Notes under the pieces: generated by a model
The model's input: only the letters and a program-made list of their open reading frames with translations
Databases searched by the model: none
Told to the model about the DNA's origin: nothing
Shown: one piece after another, positions 18,156 to 26,446 of the stretch
Numbering within the stretch: position 1 is the stretch's first letter
Layout: the number at the start of each line of letters is the position of its first letter
NCBI RefSeq assembly: GCF_000020225.1
Contig: NC_010655.1
Coordinates: 960,001 to 992,000, forward strand
Direction of reading: 5' to 3'
DNA length: 32,000 bases
Source of the DNA: Akkermansia muciniphila ATCC BAA-835
GTDB taxonomy: Bacteria; Verrucomicrobiota; Verrucomicrobiia; Verrucomicrobiales; Akkermansiaceae
Position numbers and translations under genes: made by a program

Positions 18156-18168
18156 TTCCTCCTGCCTC

Positions 18169-18867
18169 ATGAGCAACTTTCCTGCAGATATCCTGATTAT
18201 TGACGATGAACGGCAGATACGCCGTCTTCTGAACCTGACGCTGACCGGCGCAGGCTACCATGTCCGCGAGTGTGAAAACGGGCAGCTTGGCTTGAGTGAG
18301 ACCGCTCTGAAGCGGCCGGATGCCATTATTCTGGATCTGGGGCTTCCGGACATTAACGGCTTGGAAGTGCTGAAACAGCTTCGGGAGTGGACTCAGGTTC
18401 CTATCCTGATTCTAACGGCTTGGGACAGGGAGGATGAAAAGGTGGATGCCTTGGATGCCGGGGCGGATGATTACTTGACCAAGCCGTTCAGCGGCCGTGA
18501 ATTGCTGGCGCGCCTGCGCGTGATGCTTCGGCGCAATCGTCCGGACCGTGAGCCGTCCGTATTCCGGCTGGGTCCCATTGTCGTGGATCTGAGTTCCCGG
18601 CGCGTGGAGAAGGGGAAAGAGGAAATTCATTTAACCTCCAAAGAGTACGGAATTCTGCGCCTGCTTCTGCTCCATCAGGGCAAGGTGATGACCCACCGCC
18701 AGCTGCTCCGTGAAATTTGGGGTCCCCAGCATGAGGAGGACACGCACTACCTGCGGGTGCACATTGCCCACCTGCGCCAAAAGCTGGGGGATTCCGATCC
18801 GGAAAACCGCATTATTCGCGCGGAATCCGGCCTGGGTTACAGAATTGTGGCGGATGGAGCCGAGTAG
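18169..18867 (+). CDS. kdpE: OmpR-family response regulator KdpE
   Basis: The true start MSNFPADILIIDDERQIRRLL is at ATG 18169, 13 nt after the kdpD stop. The receiver domain has ...DAIILDLGLPD... and the C-terminus is a winged helix (LTSKEYGILRLL..., GYR). Confidence 0.92.
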   Translation: MSNFPADILIIDDERQIRRLLNLTLTGAGYHVRECENGQLGLSETALKRPDAIILDLGLPDINGLEVLKQLREWTQVPILILTAWDREDEKVDALDAGADDYLTKPFSGRELLARLRVMLRRNRPDREPSVFRLGPIVVDLSSRRVEKGKEEIHLTSKEYGILRLLLLHQGKVMTHRQLLREIWGPQHEEDTHYLRVHIAHLRQKLGDSDPENRIIRAESGLGYRIVADGAE

Positions 18868-18998
18868 CCCTTGTCCCAGTTTTACTGGGCTGGAAAAAAT
18901 AGCGGCACATTATCTGCGGCAGCCGGAAAATATATTTTTTCATAACGGTTGGAGAATGTGGCTTAACTTCACGCAGTCCAACATGCTGTGTAGGATCC

Positions 18999-19019
18999 AA
19001 GACGTATTCAATACGTCTT
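18999..19019 (+). promoter_or_regulatory. Perfect 9 bp inverted repeat ending 1 nt before the start codon of the beta-barrel gene
   Basis: AAGACGTAT-TCA-ATACGTCTT occupies 18999..19019. The ATG is at 19021. Confidence 0.4.
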
Positions 19020-19020
19020 T

Positions 19021-19800
19021 ATGAAGATCAAGTACAACGCAAGAAACGTAGGAGCCGCAGCCCTGGGCTGCGCCATGATAGCAGGAACCGTCTGCGCAGG
19101 AGAGGAAACGGTTTCTCCGTCGATAGCCTCCCTGACAAACATGCAGGAGGCCGCCATACCTTCCACAGACACGGATTGGGCCTTTTCCTTCTCGGCGGGG
19201 TGGTCCAGTAAGTACGTAACGGAAGGTCTGGACTGCCTGCCGGGCAGCGGCATCTGGGAAGTGGCTCCGAGCATTTCTTGGAAGAATCTTACGTTCAGCG
19301 CCTGGTATGCCGGAGGAGATTCCGCCAATTACGATGAACTGGACCTGGTTCTGGGTTACGCCTGGAATCTGGGGAAGTGGACTGTCAATCCCTGGTATGA
19401 GCATCAATTCTATTTTACACAGGATTATAATGTGGCCAATCCGGCGCTGACGGTCTCCTATGCCGTAACGGATTGGATGGCTGTAGGAGCGGAAACCCAG
19501 GTGAAAGTGGAACACCAGGATTTTGAAGCCTATTACAGCGCCTTTGTGCGGTTGGAGTGGTCCCCCCTGGAAAATGTGACCGTGGTTCCCATGGTCAGGT
19601 ACGGGTACAACGGCGGTTATAACGTGGACTATGATGACGGCTCCAACTGCATTGACTGGAGCCTGGGCGTGACATGGCGGTTTGCAGAACATTATACGCT
19701 TTCCGGCTCCGTCAATTATTCCCAGGCGGCTACGGTGCTGCGTCACAGGGATGCCGGAGACGAATTCTGGGTGGGATTCCGCCTGGGCATGGAGTTTTAA
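19021..19800 (+). CDS. Outer-membrane beta-barrel protein embedded in the kdp cluster (Gcw_chp/TIGR02001-like by motif order)
   Basis: 259 aa. Signal peptide ...GCAMIAGTVCAGEE, an alternating aromatic/polar strand pattern, and a C-terminus ...GFRLGMEF ending in Phe. The motifs SSKYVTEG, DELDLVLGYAW and IDWSLGVTW resemble the S.Y.fRG / E.DlyggY / D(W)slG order I recall for Gcw_chp. This needs an HMM check. Confidence 0.68.
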   Translation: MKIKYNARNVGAAALGCAMIAGTVCAGEETVSPSIASLTNMQEAAIPSTDTDWAFSFSAGWSSKYVTEGLDCLPGSGIWEVAPSISWKNLTFSAWYAGGDSANYDELDLVLGYAWNLGKWTVNPWYEHQFYFTQDYNVANPALTVSYAVTDWMAVGAETQVKVEHQDFEAYYSAFVRLEWSPLENVTVVPMVRYGYNGGYNVDYDDGSNCIDWSLGVTWRFAEHYTLSGSVNYSQAATVLRHRDAGDEFWVGFRLGMEF

Positions 19801-19912
19801 CGGCGCACCGGCGTTAAAAAACGGGCTTCCGGAGAGGAATTAATAATTTCTTAATGTCCGGAGGCCCTTTGTTAACTACCCGGAATTTCCAGAATATGCG
19901 TAGAGTTGCGTT

Positions 19913-21613
19913 GTGTCCTCGCACGACTTGTTAATCATTGTCCTGTTCATAGGCATACTGGTCTCTTTCACCCCGTTTCTCGGAAAATGGCTGGCAAGTG
20001 TTTTGATGGGAAGGCAGACATGGCTTCCCCCGGTTCTGGGTCCCGTGGAGCGCTGCGTCTACCGTATGGCCGGAGTGGACCCCACCCGCGAAATGGACTG
20101 GAAGAAGTATTTGACGGCCGTTCTTTTGTTTAACGCCGCTGGATTCCTCGTCCTTTTCCTTTCCCTGCTGTGCCAGAAATGGCTGCCTCTGAATCCCGCC
20201 GGAACTGAAAATATGCGGTGGGATATAGCCTTGAATACAGCCATCAGCTTCGTGACCAACACTAACTGGCAGTTCTATTCAGGGGAAGGGCCGGAAGGCG
20301 TCAGTTATTTTGTTCAAATGACCGGGCTGGGCGTGCAAAATTTCGTCAGCGCCGGTACGGGAATTGCCGTCATGTCCGCCCTGATCCGCGGGCTGGAAAG
20401 GAGATGCGCTTCTACTCTGGGGAACTTCTGGACGGATCTGACGCGCAGCATGTTGTATTTTCTGGTCCCTGTTTCCACGGTCATTGCTCTTCTGCTGGTC
20501 TCCCAGGGTGTGGTGCAGTCCTTTGACGGACCCATTGCCGTGCCGGGCATGGATGGCGTGGAACAGATGATACCCAGTGGCCCGGCGGCATCCCAGATAG
20601 CCATCAAACAGCTCGGAGCAAACGGCGGCGGCTTTTTCGGGAACAACAGCACGCATCCTTTTGAAAACCCCACGCCCTTCAGCAATATGGTTGAAATGCT
20701 CTCCCTGCTTCTGGCCGGCTGCGCCTGCCCATACGCCTATGGCGTCATGATCGGAAAAAAGAGGCAGGGGTGGATTATCTTCGGAGCCATGATGATTCTG
20801 CTTGTGGCGGCCATTGTCTTGTCCCAGTGGGCGGAACATGCGGGAAACCCGCTTTTCCCGGGCATGGAAATGCTGGAAGGCAAGGAAGTGCGCCTGGGCG
20901 TTACGAACAGTTCCCTCTGGTCCGTCGCTACGACGGCATCTTCCAACGGGTCCGTGAACTGCATGCATTCCAGCATGTCCCCGCTGGGCGGCGGGATTGC
21001 CCTGTTCAATATGCTGCTGGGTGGGGTAATTTTCGGAGGTCTGGGCTGCGGCTTGTACAGCATGCTGATGTTTGCCATGATTACCGTGTTCCTGTGCGGT
21101 TTAATGGTGGGGCGAACCCCGGAATTCCTGGGTAAAAAAATGGGAGCCCGGGAAGTGTGCTGCTCCATGGTGGGCATCCTTCTGCCCGGCATGGCCGTCC
21201 TGGTCATGAGCGGCCTGGCCGCCGCTACGGAAACCGGGCGGGCATCCATCTGCAATGCCGGCCCCCACGGGCTGACGGAAATCCTGTACTGCTTCGGTTC
21301 CCAGGCCGGGAATAATGGAAGCGCCTTTGCTGGTCTGGCTGCAGGGGATACGCCTTTTTATTCCCTGCTGGGCGGGTTGGCGATGCTGCTGGCCCGCTTC
21401 GGAACCATTATTTCGGTGATGATGATTGCTGGCAGCATGGCATCCAGGAAAACCGCTCCGCCGGCCCAGGGCACCATGGGGACGGATAACCTGATGTTCA
21501 TGGTTCTGCTGGTAGCCGTCGTGCTGGTTGTAGGAGCCCTCACCTTCTTCCCGGCCCTGGCTTTGGGACCTATTCTGGAGCATTTGCTCCTGTATTCGGG
21601 AGCCATGCTTTAA
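19913..21613 (+). CDS. kdpA: Potassium-transporting ATPase subunit KdpA
   Basis: 566 aa polytopic membrane protein with a GTG start. It contains NTNWQFYSGE, the repeated selectivity-filter-like segments (..GANGGGFF.., ..SNGS.. and ..NNGSAF..), and is of typical length. Confidence 0.93.
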   Translation: MSSHDLLIIVLFIGILVSFTPFLGKWLASVLMGRQTWLPPVLGPVERCVYRMAGVDPTREMDWKKYLTAVLLFNAAGFLVLFLSLLCQKWLPLNPAGTENMRWDIALNTAISFVTNTNWQFYSGEGPEGVSYFVQMTGLGVQNFVSAGTGIAVMSALIRGLERRCASTLGNFWTDLTRSMLYFLVPVSTVIALLLVSQGVVQSFDGPIAVPGMDGVEQMIPSGPAASQIAIKQLGANGGGFFGNNSTHPFENPTPFSNMVEMLSLLLAGCACPYAYGVMIGKKRQGWIIFGAMMILLVAAIVLSQWAEHAGNPLFPGMEMLEGKEVRLGVTNSSLWSVATTASSNGSVNCMHSSMSPLGGGIALFNMLLGGVIFGGLGCGLYSMLMFAMITVFLCGLMVGRTPEFLGKKMGAREVCCSMVGILLPGMAVLVMSGLAAATETGRASICNAGPHGLTEILYCFGSQAGNNGSAFAGLAAGDTPFYSLLGGLAMLLARFGTIISVMMIAGSMASRKTAPPAQGTMGTDNLMFMVLLVAVVLVVGALTFFPALALGPILEHLLLYSGAML

Positions 21614-21635
21614 GGCGTATTAGCCGATAATCCGG

Positions 21636-23756
21636 ATGTTTATGATCATGAAGGAGAAAAAGAGTCAATCCTGGTATGACGGAGCCATGTTGAAAACAGC
21701 TTTCCTGAATGCGCTGCGCAAATTTGACCCGCGCGTCCTGTCTAAAAACTTCGTGATGTTTATCACGGCTGCCGGCGCCCTGATGGCAACGATTGCCCTT
21801 ATCAGGGATTTGGCTGCCGGGCAACCCTTCGGCTTTACTTTGCAAATCGCGCTCTGGCTCTGGTTCACCGTGCTCTTCGCCAACTTTGCGGAAGCGCTGG
21901 CGGAAGGCCGGGGAAAGGCGTATGCGGACGCCCTGAAAGAAATGCGCGTTTATGTGAACGCCCGTTTGCTGACGGACAAGGGAACGGAGGAAATCGTCTC
22001 CGTTTCCGAATTGCGCAAAGGGGACAAAGTGTTGTGCGAGGCCGGGGATATCATCCCCCTGGATGGAGAGGTGATAGAAGGCATCGCTAGCGTGGATGAA
22101 TCCGCCATTACCGGGGAATCCGCTCCGGTCATCCGTGAAAGCGGGGGGGACCGCAGCGCTGTAACGGGAGGAACCCGTGTAATCAGTGACGGCATTGTTA
22201 TCCGTATTACCGTGGAACCGGGCCATACGTTCTTGGACCGCATGATTTCCATGGTGGAGGGGGCCAGCCGGCAGAAAACGCCCAATGAAACCGCTCTGGG
22301 TATCTTGCTGGTGGCGCTGACCATTGTTTTTCTTGCCGTGGTTCTTTCCCTTCCCGCCATGGCCGGATACATTGAGGATTCTGCCCGGGCGCTTGGCTTC
22401 AGGGCGGAGGGCCGTATTTCCCTGCCCATCCTGGTCTCTCTTCTGGCATGCCTGATTCCGACGACGATCGGCGGATTGTTAAGTGCCGTTGGTATCAGCG
22501 GCATTGACCGGCTTGTGCGCCGGAATGTGCTGGCTGTGTCCGGTCGCGCCGTGGAAGTAGCCGGGGACATTGATGTGCTGATGCTGGATAAAACCGGAAC
22601 CATCACCTTCGGCAATCGAATGGCGAACGAATTCCTGCCTGCACCCGGGGTGGATGACCTTCAGCTGGCGGAAGCCGCCCAGCTTGCTTCCCTGTCCGAT
22701 GAAACGCCGGAAGGCCGCAGCATCGTGGTGCTGGCTAAAAAACAGTTTGGAATCCGGGGCCGCCATATGGACGCGGACCATATTGTTTTTATCCCGTTTT
22801 CCGCTTCCACCCGCATGAGTGGCGTGGATATTGCGGAGCACGACGGCCGTCCGGCCGTTTCCATCCGGAAAGGAGCGGCGGAAAGCGTGGCGCAGTGGGT
22901 GAAAATCCGGGGCGGAACTTTCCCGCAAGAGGTGGAAATGATGGTGCAGAATGTCGCGCGTGTCGGCGGTACGCCGCTGGTAGTGGCCCGGGGAAAAGAC
23001 GTGCTGGGGGTCATTTATCTGAAAGACATCGTCAAGGGCGGCATCAGGGAACGCTTTGCCCGGCTCCGGGCCATGGGCATCCGGACTGTCATGGTGACAG
23101 GGGACAATGCCCTGACTGCCGCATCCATTGCGGCGGAAGCCGGCGTGGATGACTTCATGGCAGAAGCTACGCCTGAGATGAAGCTGGCGCGCATTCGTGA
23201 GGAACAGGCTGCCGGCCGCCTGGTGGCCATGACCGGGGATGGAACTAATGACGCTCCCGCCCTGGCCCAGGCCGATGTGGGTGTGGCGATGAACACCGGA
23301 ACGCAGGCCGCCCGGGAGGCGGGCAACATGGTGGACCTGGACAGCAATCCGACCAAGCTGATTGAAATCGTAGAAATCGGCAAGCAAATGCTGATTACCC
23401 GCGGCGCGCTGACCACCTTTTCCTTCGCCAATGACGTAGCCAAATACTTTGCCATCATTCCCGCCATGTTTGCCGGCCTCTTTGTGGCTGACGACATGGC
23501 CAGTGGACCTCTTTCCGCCCTGAACATAATGGGCCTGAATTCCCCGCAAAGCGCCATTCTCAGCACTGTGATTTTTAATGCCCTGATCATCGTAGCGCTG
23601 ATTCCGCTGGCCTTGAAGGGGGTTTCCTACCGTCCAGCGGGAGCGGCCTCCCTGCTGAAGCGCAATATCCTCATTTACGGGGTGGGCGGCCTGATTGCTC
23701 CTTTCATGGGCATCAAGCTTATTGATATGGTCATCAATGCATGGCGCCTTGTTTGA
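21636..23756 (+). CDS. kdpB: Potassium-transporting P-type ATPase subunit KdpB
   Basis: P-type ATPase motifs are present: [11 protein letters not shown] (phosphorylation site), MVTGDN and [18 protein letters not shown]. The listed ORF is 706 aa; the start could be any of the ATGs at 21636, 21642 or 21648. Confidence 0.95.
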   Translation: MFMIMKEKKSQSWYDGAMLKTAFLNALRKFDPRVLSKNFVMFITAAGALMATIALIRDLAAGQPFGFTLQIALWLWFTVLFANFAEALAEGRGKAYADALKEMRVYVNARLLTDKGTEEIVSVSELRKGDKVLCEAGDIIPLDGEVIEGIASVDESAITGESAPVIRESGGDRSAVTGGTRVISDGIVIRITVEPGHTFLDRMISMVEGASRQKTPNETALGILLVALTIVFLAVVLSLPAMAGYIEDSARALGFRAEGRISLPILVSLLACLIPTTIGGLLSAVGISGIDRLVRRNVLAVSGRAVEVAGDIDVLMLDKTGTITFGNRMANEFLPAPGVDDLQLAEAAQLASLSDETPEGRSIVVLAKKQFGIRGRHMDADHIVFIPFSASTRMSGVDIAEHDGRPAVSIRKGAAESVAQWVKIRGGTFPQEVEMMVQNVARVGGTPLVVARGKDVLGVIYLKDIVKGGIRERFARLRAMGIRTVMVTGDNALTAASIAAEAGVDDFMAEATPEMKLARIREEQAAGRLVAMTGDGTNDAPALAQADVGVAMNTGTQAAREAGNMVDLDSNPTKLIEIVEIGKQMLITRGALTTFSFANDVAKYFAIIPAMFAGLFVADDMASGPLSALNIMGLNSPQSAILSTVIFNALIIVALIPLALKGVSYRPAGAASLLKRNILIYGVGGLIAPFMGIKLIDMVINAWRLV

Positions 23757-23785
23757 ACAATCCAATCCTAACCTGCTGAATTATC

Positions 23786-24361
23786 ATGAAGTGGACATTT
23801 CCCAATCTGCGCCTGTTTCTGTTTCTGGCCGTCATTACCGGCGGCATTTACCCTTTGGCCGTTACGCTGGCCAGCCTGATTTTTTTCCCTCATCAGGCGC
23901 ATGGTTCCCTAATCCGGAATGAACGGGGGGAAATTATCGCTTCGGAGCTTGTCGCACAGCCTTTTATCTCCGCCAAATATTTCTGGCCCCGGCCCTCTGC
24001 CGGAGAATACGCTACCATGCCTTCCGGAGCCAGCAACCTCTCCTGGACTTCCGGGAAGCTGGTCAGAACGGTGGCGGAGCGCAGGGCGGCTCTGCTGAAA
24101 GCCCACAACCTGCCGGAGAAAACGCCTGTCCCTGCGGACATGCTTTTTGCTTCCGGCAGCGGTTTGGAGCCTTTCATCTCTCCGGAAGCGGCGGAGTTGC
24201 AGTTGAACCGTGTTGCCTCCACGCGCGGAGTACCTCCGGAAAAAGTCCGGAAACTGGTGTCTGCACACTTCGTCCGGGGTGGAATTCTGGGGGAAAACGT
24301 AGTCAACGTGATGACTCTGAACGCCGCGCTGGATACATTGTTCCCGATGAGCGGGATGTAA
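23786..24361 (+). CDS. kdpC: Potassium-transporting ATPase subunit KdpC
   Basis: 191 aa with a single N-terminal TM helix LFLFLAVITGGIYPLAVT, then GSLI, ...FWPRPSA, SGASNL and ...ASGSGLEPFISPEAA. This is the typical KdpC motif order. Confidence 0.92.
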   Translation: MKWTFPNLRLFLFLAVITGGIYPLAVTLASLIFFPHQAHGSLIRNERGEIIASELVAQPFISAKYFWPRPSAGEYATMPSGASNLSWTSGKLVRTVAERRAALLKAHNLPEKTPVPADMLFASGSGLEPFISPEAAELQLNRVASTRGVPPEKVRKLVSAHFVRGGILGENVVNVMTLNAALDTLFPMSGM

Positions 24362-24633
24362 TTGACCGCCCCGGTCCGGAAAATATCCTGGCGGAAAAAT
24401 CGTCCGGCATCAGCCGGTGCCTTGGTTCCGCGTCTTTCTCCGGTTACCGGGGCGGTTTTCTTATTGGATTTTTGTCAGTTTGGCCTAATCTGTTGAAAAA
24501 CAGAGACAACAAATTGGTCGGCGTTCGGTATGCTGCCGGATAATCCTTTCAGAATGCAGCAATAGGGGGGCGACATCCTCTCGTTAGTTTTATTAGGCTG
24601 ATATGAAGTTTCTTCAGCCCCAAATGCGGCTGT

Positions 24634-24987
24634 TTACAAATAGTCCTTCCTTGGCGGTGTGAACACATCGACAACCTCTCCGCTTTCCATCACCTCAAAG
24701 GAATGAGGCGTATTGCCCGGTATGGCGTAGCTGTCCCCTGCATGAAGCAGCACTTCAATATTCTCCTCCGGCATTTCCATGTTCAGGCGGTATTCGCCTG
24801 AAATGACGTACCCGCATTGTTCATGCGGATGTTGGTGGGTGGAGGCGAAGTTGCCTTTCACATAGTTCATCTTTGCTACCATTGATTTCTCTCCGACAGC
24901 GAGCGAATCCAGTGAAACGCCCTTGAACACTTTCTTCGATGCGTCTTCCTTGCGAACGATGATTTTATTATTTTTTATGATTTCCAT
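24634..24987 (-). CDS. Cupin domain protein
   Basis: 117 aa with cupin motifs STHQHPHEQCGYVISGE and LHAGDSYAIPGNTPHSF. Its start is 1 nt after the stop of the upstream MarR-GNAT gene, indicating translational coupling. AT-rich. Confidence 0.8.
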   Translation of the reverse strand: MEIIKNNKIIVRKEDASKKVFKGVSLDSLAVGEKSMVAKMNYVKGNFASTHQHPHEQCGYVISGEYRLNMEMPEENIEVLLHAGDSYAIPGNTPHSFEVMESGEVVDVFTPPRKDYL

Positions 24988-24988
24988 A

Positions 24989-25945
24989 TCAATACGTTAT
25001 CTTCAGTTCCATCTGGATGTTTCCGCGTTCGTATGCCGGGTGATTTTCCGCAAGTCCCTTGAATCCCAGCTTTTTATATGTATGTATGGCAGGCTTGAGC
25101 AGGGTGTTGCTTTCAAGAAAAAGAATTTTCGCCTTCATGTCCTTTGCTTTGTCTATGGCTGCATGGCAAAGTATTTCCCCGATGCCTTTGCCCTGCGCAT
25201 GAGGGTGAACGGCAAGTTTCGCCAGTTCATAATCATATACCGGGTCATCCATTTTGCAGAGGGCACAAACTCCGACGGGCTTCCCCCTGTAAAGGGCTAC
25301 AAAGATAAAGCCTCCTTTGTTGATAATATATTCCTGCGGATGATCAAGATAGTCCAGATCGTGCGGTTCTATCTTCCAATGTTTTGTAATCCACTGTACG
25401 TTAAGTGATTTAAACGTATTTTTGTAACACGGTTCGTAAGGAACTACCCTGATATGCTCCCTTTCCCTCATTTTCCGGGCTTCTTTGACCCGTTGCAGCA
25501 GGCTCTTCTCAGCGAGCCGGTCTTCCCATTCGCCGATAGCTCTCCACAAATCATGGCGCGTTTCCTTGGAAATATCCTCTACGGCGACCTCCACGTCTTT
25601 GCAAAGCTCTGTCAGCATGGCGGCGACCCTTTTTCCATGTGGAGCCAGGGCGATGACGGTGCGTCTCTTGTCCTTCTGGTCTTCAAGGCTTTTCACCAAT
25701 CCTCTTGCCGTCATTTCTCCAACGATATTGCTCACGGATGGATGGCTGTGCCCTATTTCCTTCGCTATGCCCGTTATTGTTTTTTCTTTCCCGTCGGCCA
25801 AAACGAAAAGCAGGGGAAACCACTTTGGCTTTATGTCAATGCCGTATAATTCATAAATTTGACTTGCATCAGACGTCACAGCATCCGTCAGCATGCGCAG
25901 CCTGCTTCCAATGGCTATTTTACCTGTCCTATCGAAAAAATCCAT
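24989..25945 (-). CDS. MarR-type HTH transcriptional regulator fused to a GNAT N-acetyltransferase
   Basis: 318 aa. The N-terminal half has a MarR-like winged helix (ITGIAKEIGHSHPSVSNIVGEMTARGLV...DKRRTVIALAPHGKR). The C-terminal half has GNAT motif A (LAVHPHAQGKGIGEILCHAAIDKAK...) and LESNTLLKPAIHTYKKLGF. Confidence 0.85.
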   Translation of the reverse strand: MDFFDRTGKIAIGSRLRMLTDAVTSDASQIYELYGIDIKPKWFPLLFVLADGKEKTITGIAKEIGHSHPSVSNIVGEMTARGLVKSLEDQKDKRRTVIALAPHGKRVAAMLTELCKDVEVAVEDISKETRHDLWRAIGEWEDRLAEKSLLQRVKEARKMREREHIRVVPYEPCYKNTFKSLNVQWITKHWKIEPHDLDYLDHPQEYIINKGGFIFVALYRGKPVGVCALCKMDDPVYDYELAKLAVHPHAQGKGIGEILCHAAIDKAKDMKAKILFLESNTLLKPAIHTYKKLGFKGLAENHPAYERGNIQMELKITY

Positions 25946-25961
25946 ATCTTTCCGTTATTGA

Positions 25962-25983
25962 ATACGTAACTGATTACGTAACT
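25962..25983. promoter_or_regulatory. Tandem TACGTAACT repeats, a candidate operator of the MarR-GNAT gene
   Basis: TACGTAACT occurs at 25963..25971 and 25975..25983, a 12 bp period. Each copy contains the palindrome TACGTA, and the second extends to TTACGTAA. The repeats lie 18-38 nt upstream of the ATG at 25945. Confidence 0.45.
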
Positions 25984-26126
25984 ACCATGCCATTATCATG
26001 CGAGCAAGCATTTTTTCACATTTTAGTTTTCTTGCAGGTGGGGAATATCGCTGTATCCATCAATGGAATGGAAAAATCCGTCTTCTGTCAGTCGGGTAGG
26101 CCGCGGACGTGGTATTTGGCATTGCC

Positions 26127-26166
26127 GCCCTTGCCCACGCGATTATTTTGGAGCATGGGCAAGGGC
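26127..26166. repeat. 11 bp perfect inverted repeat (hairpin) in the non-coding region upstream of clpB
   Basis: GCCCTTGCCCA (26127..26137) and TGGGCAAGGGC (26156..26166) are separated by 18 nt. No T-run follows on either strand. Confidence 0.5.
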
Positions 26167-26446
26167 TATTCCTGCATTTCTATCCGGTACGGGGCTGCCG
26201 TTCTTTCCGGAAATATTTTCCTTGGCGTTCAGAATTTTACACTGTTGCCGGGATACCGGATGCGCCAGCCCCATGGGAAAGCGGGACAGGATTTCCTTGT
26301 CAGGGCGGACTCTCCAATAACCCGTTGAGCGTGCAAGTGATATTGCGGGGAATCCGGAGGGGCAAAAAATTTTTAGATAACAGGAAAAATCCTGTTTTTC
26401 CATTCAACGGTTGGAGTTATTCTTATGTCTAAAATACCAACATACC

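Noticed and set aside
19801-19912. Search for a kdpF mini-ORF upstream of kdpA.
   Set aside because: The only ATG ORF, MSGGPLLTTRNFQNMR, is hydrophilic. The in-frame extension of kdpA hits a stop 4 codons upstream. No hydrophobic peptide of 25-30 aa exists here.
18922-24386. The 11-mer CCGGAAAATAT occurs at 18922..18932 upstream of the barrel gene and again at 24376..24386 just after kdpC, which might be read as direct repeats flanking an inserted barrel-kdpABC block.
   Set aside because: It is only 11 bp, and CCGGAA-type strings are very common in this sequence. A chance match is expected given the number of intergenic comparisons, and there is no compositional break at these points.
26300-26446. 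Heat-shock control elements upstream of clpB: CIRCE inverted repeat, sigma32-type CTTGAA/CCCCAT, and an ECF-type AAC/GTCT promoter.
   Set aside because: No CIRCE-like TTAGCACTC-N9-GAGTGCTAA dyad is present. The candidate hexamers I could align have wrong spacing (13 or 21 nt). No promoter is called.
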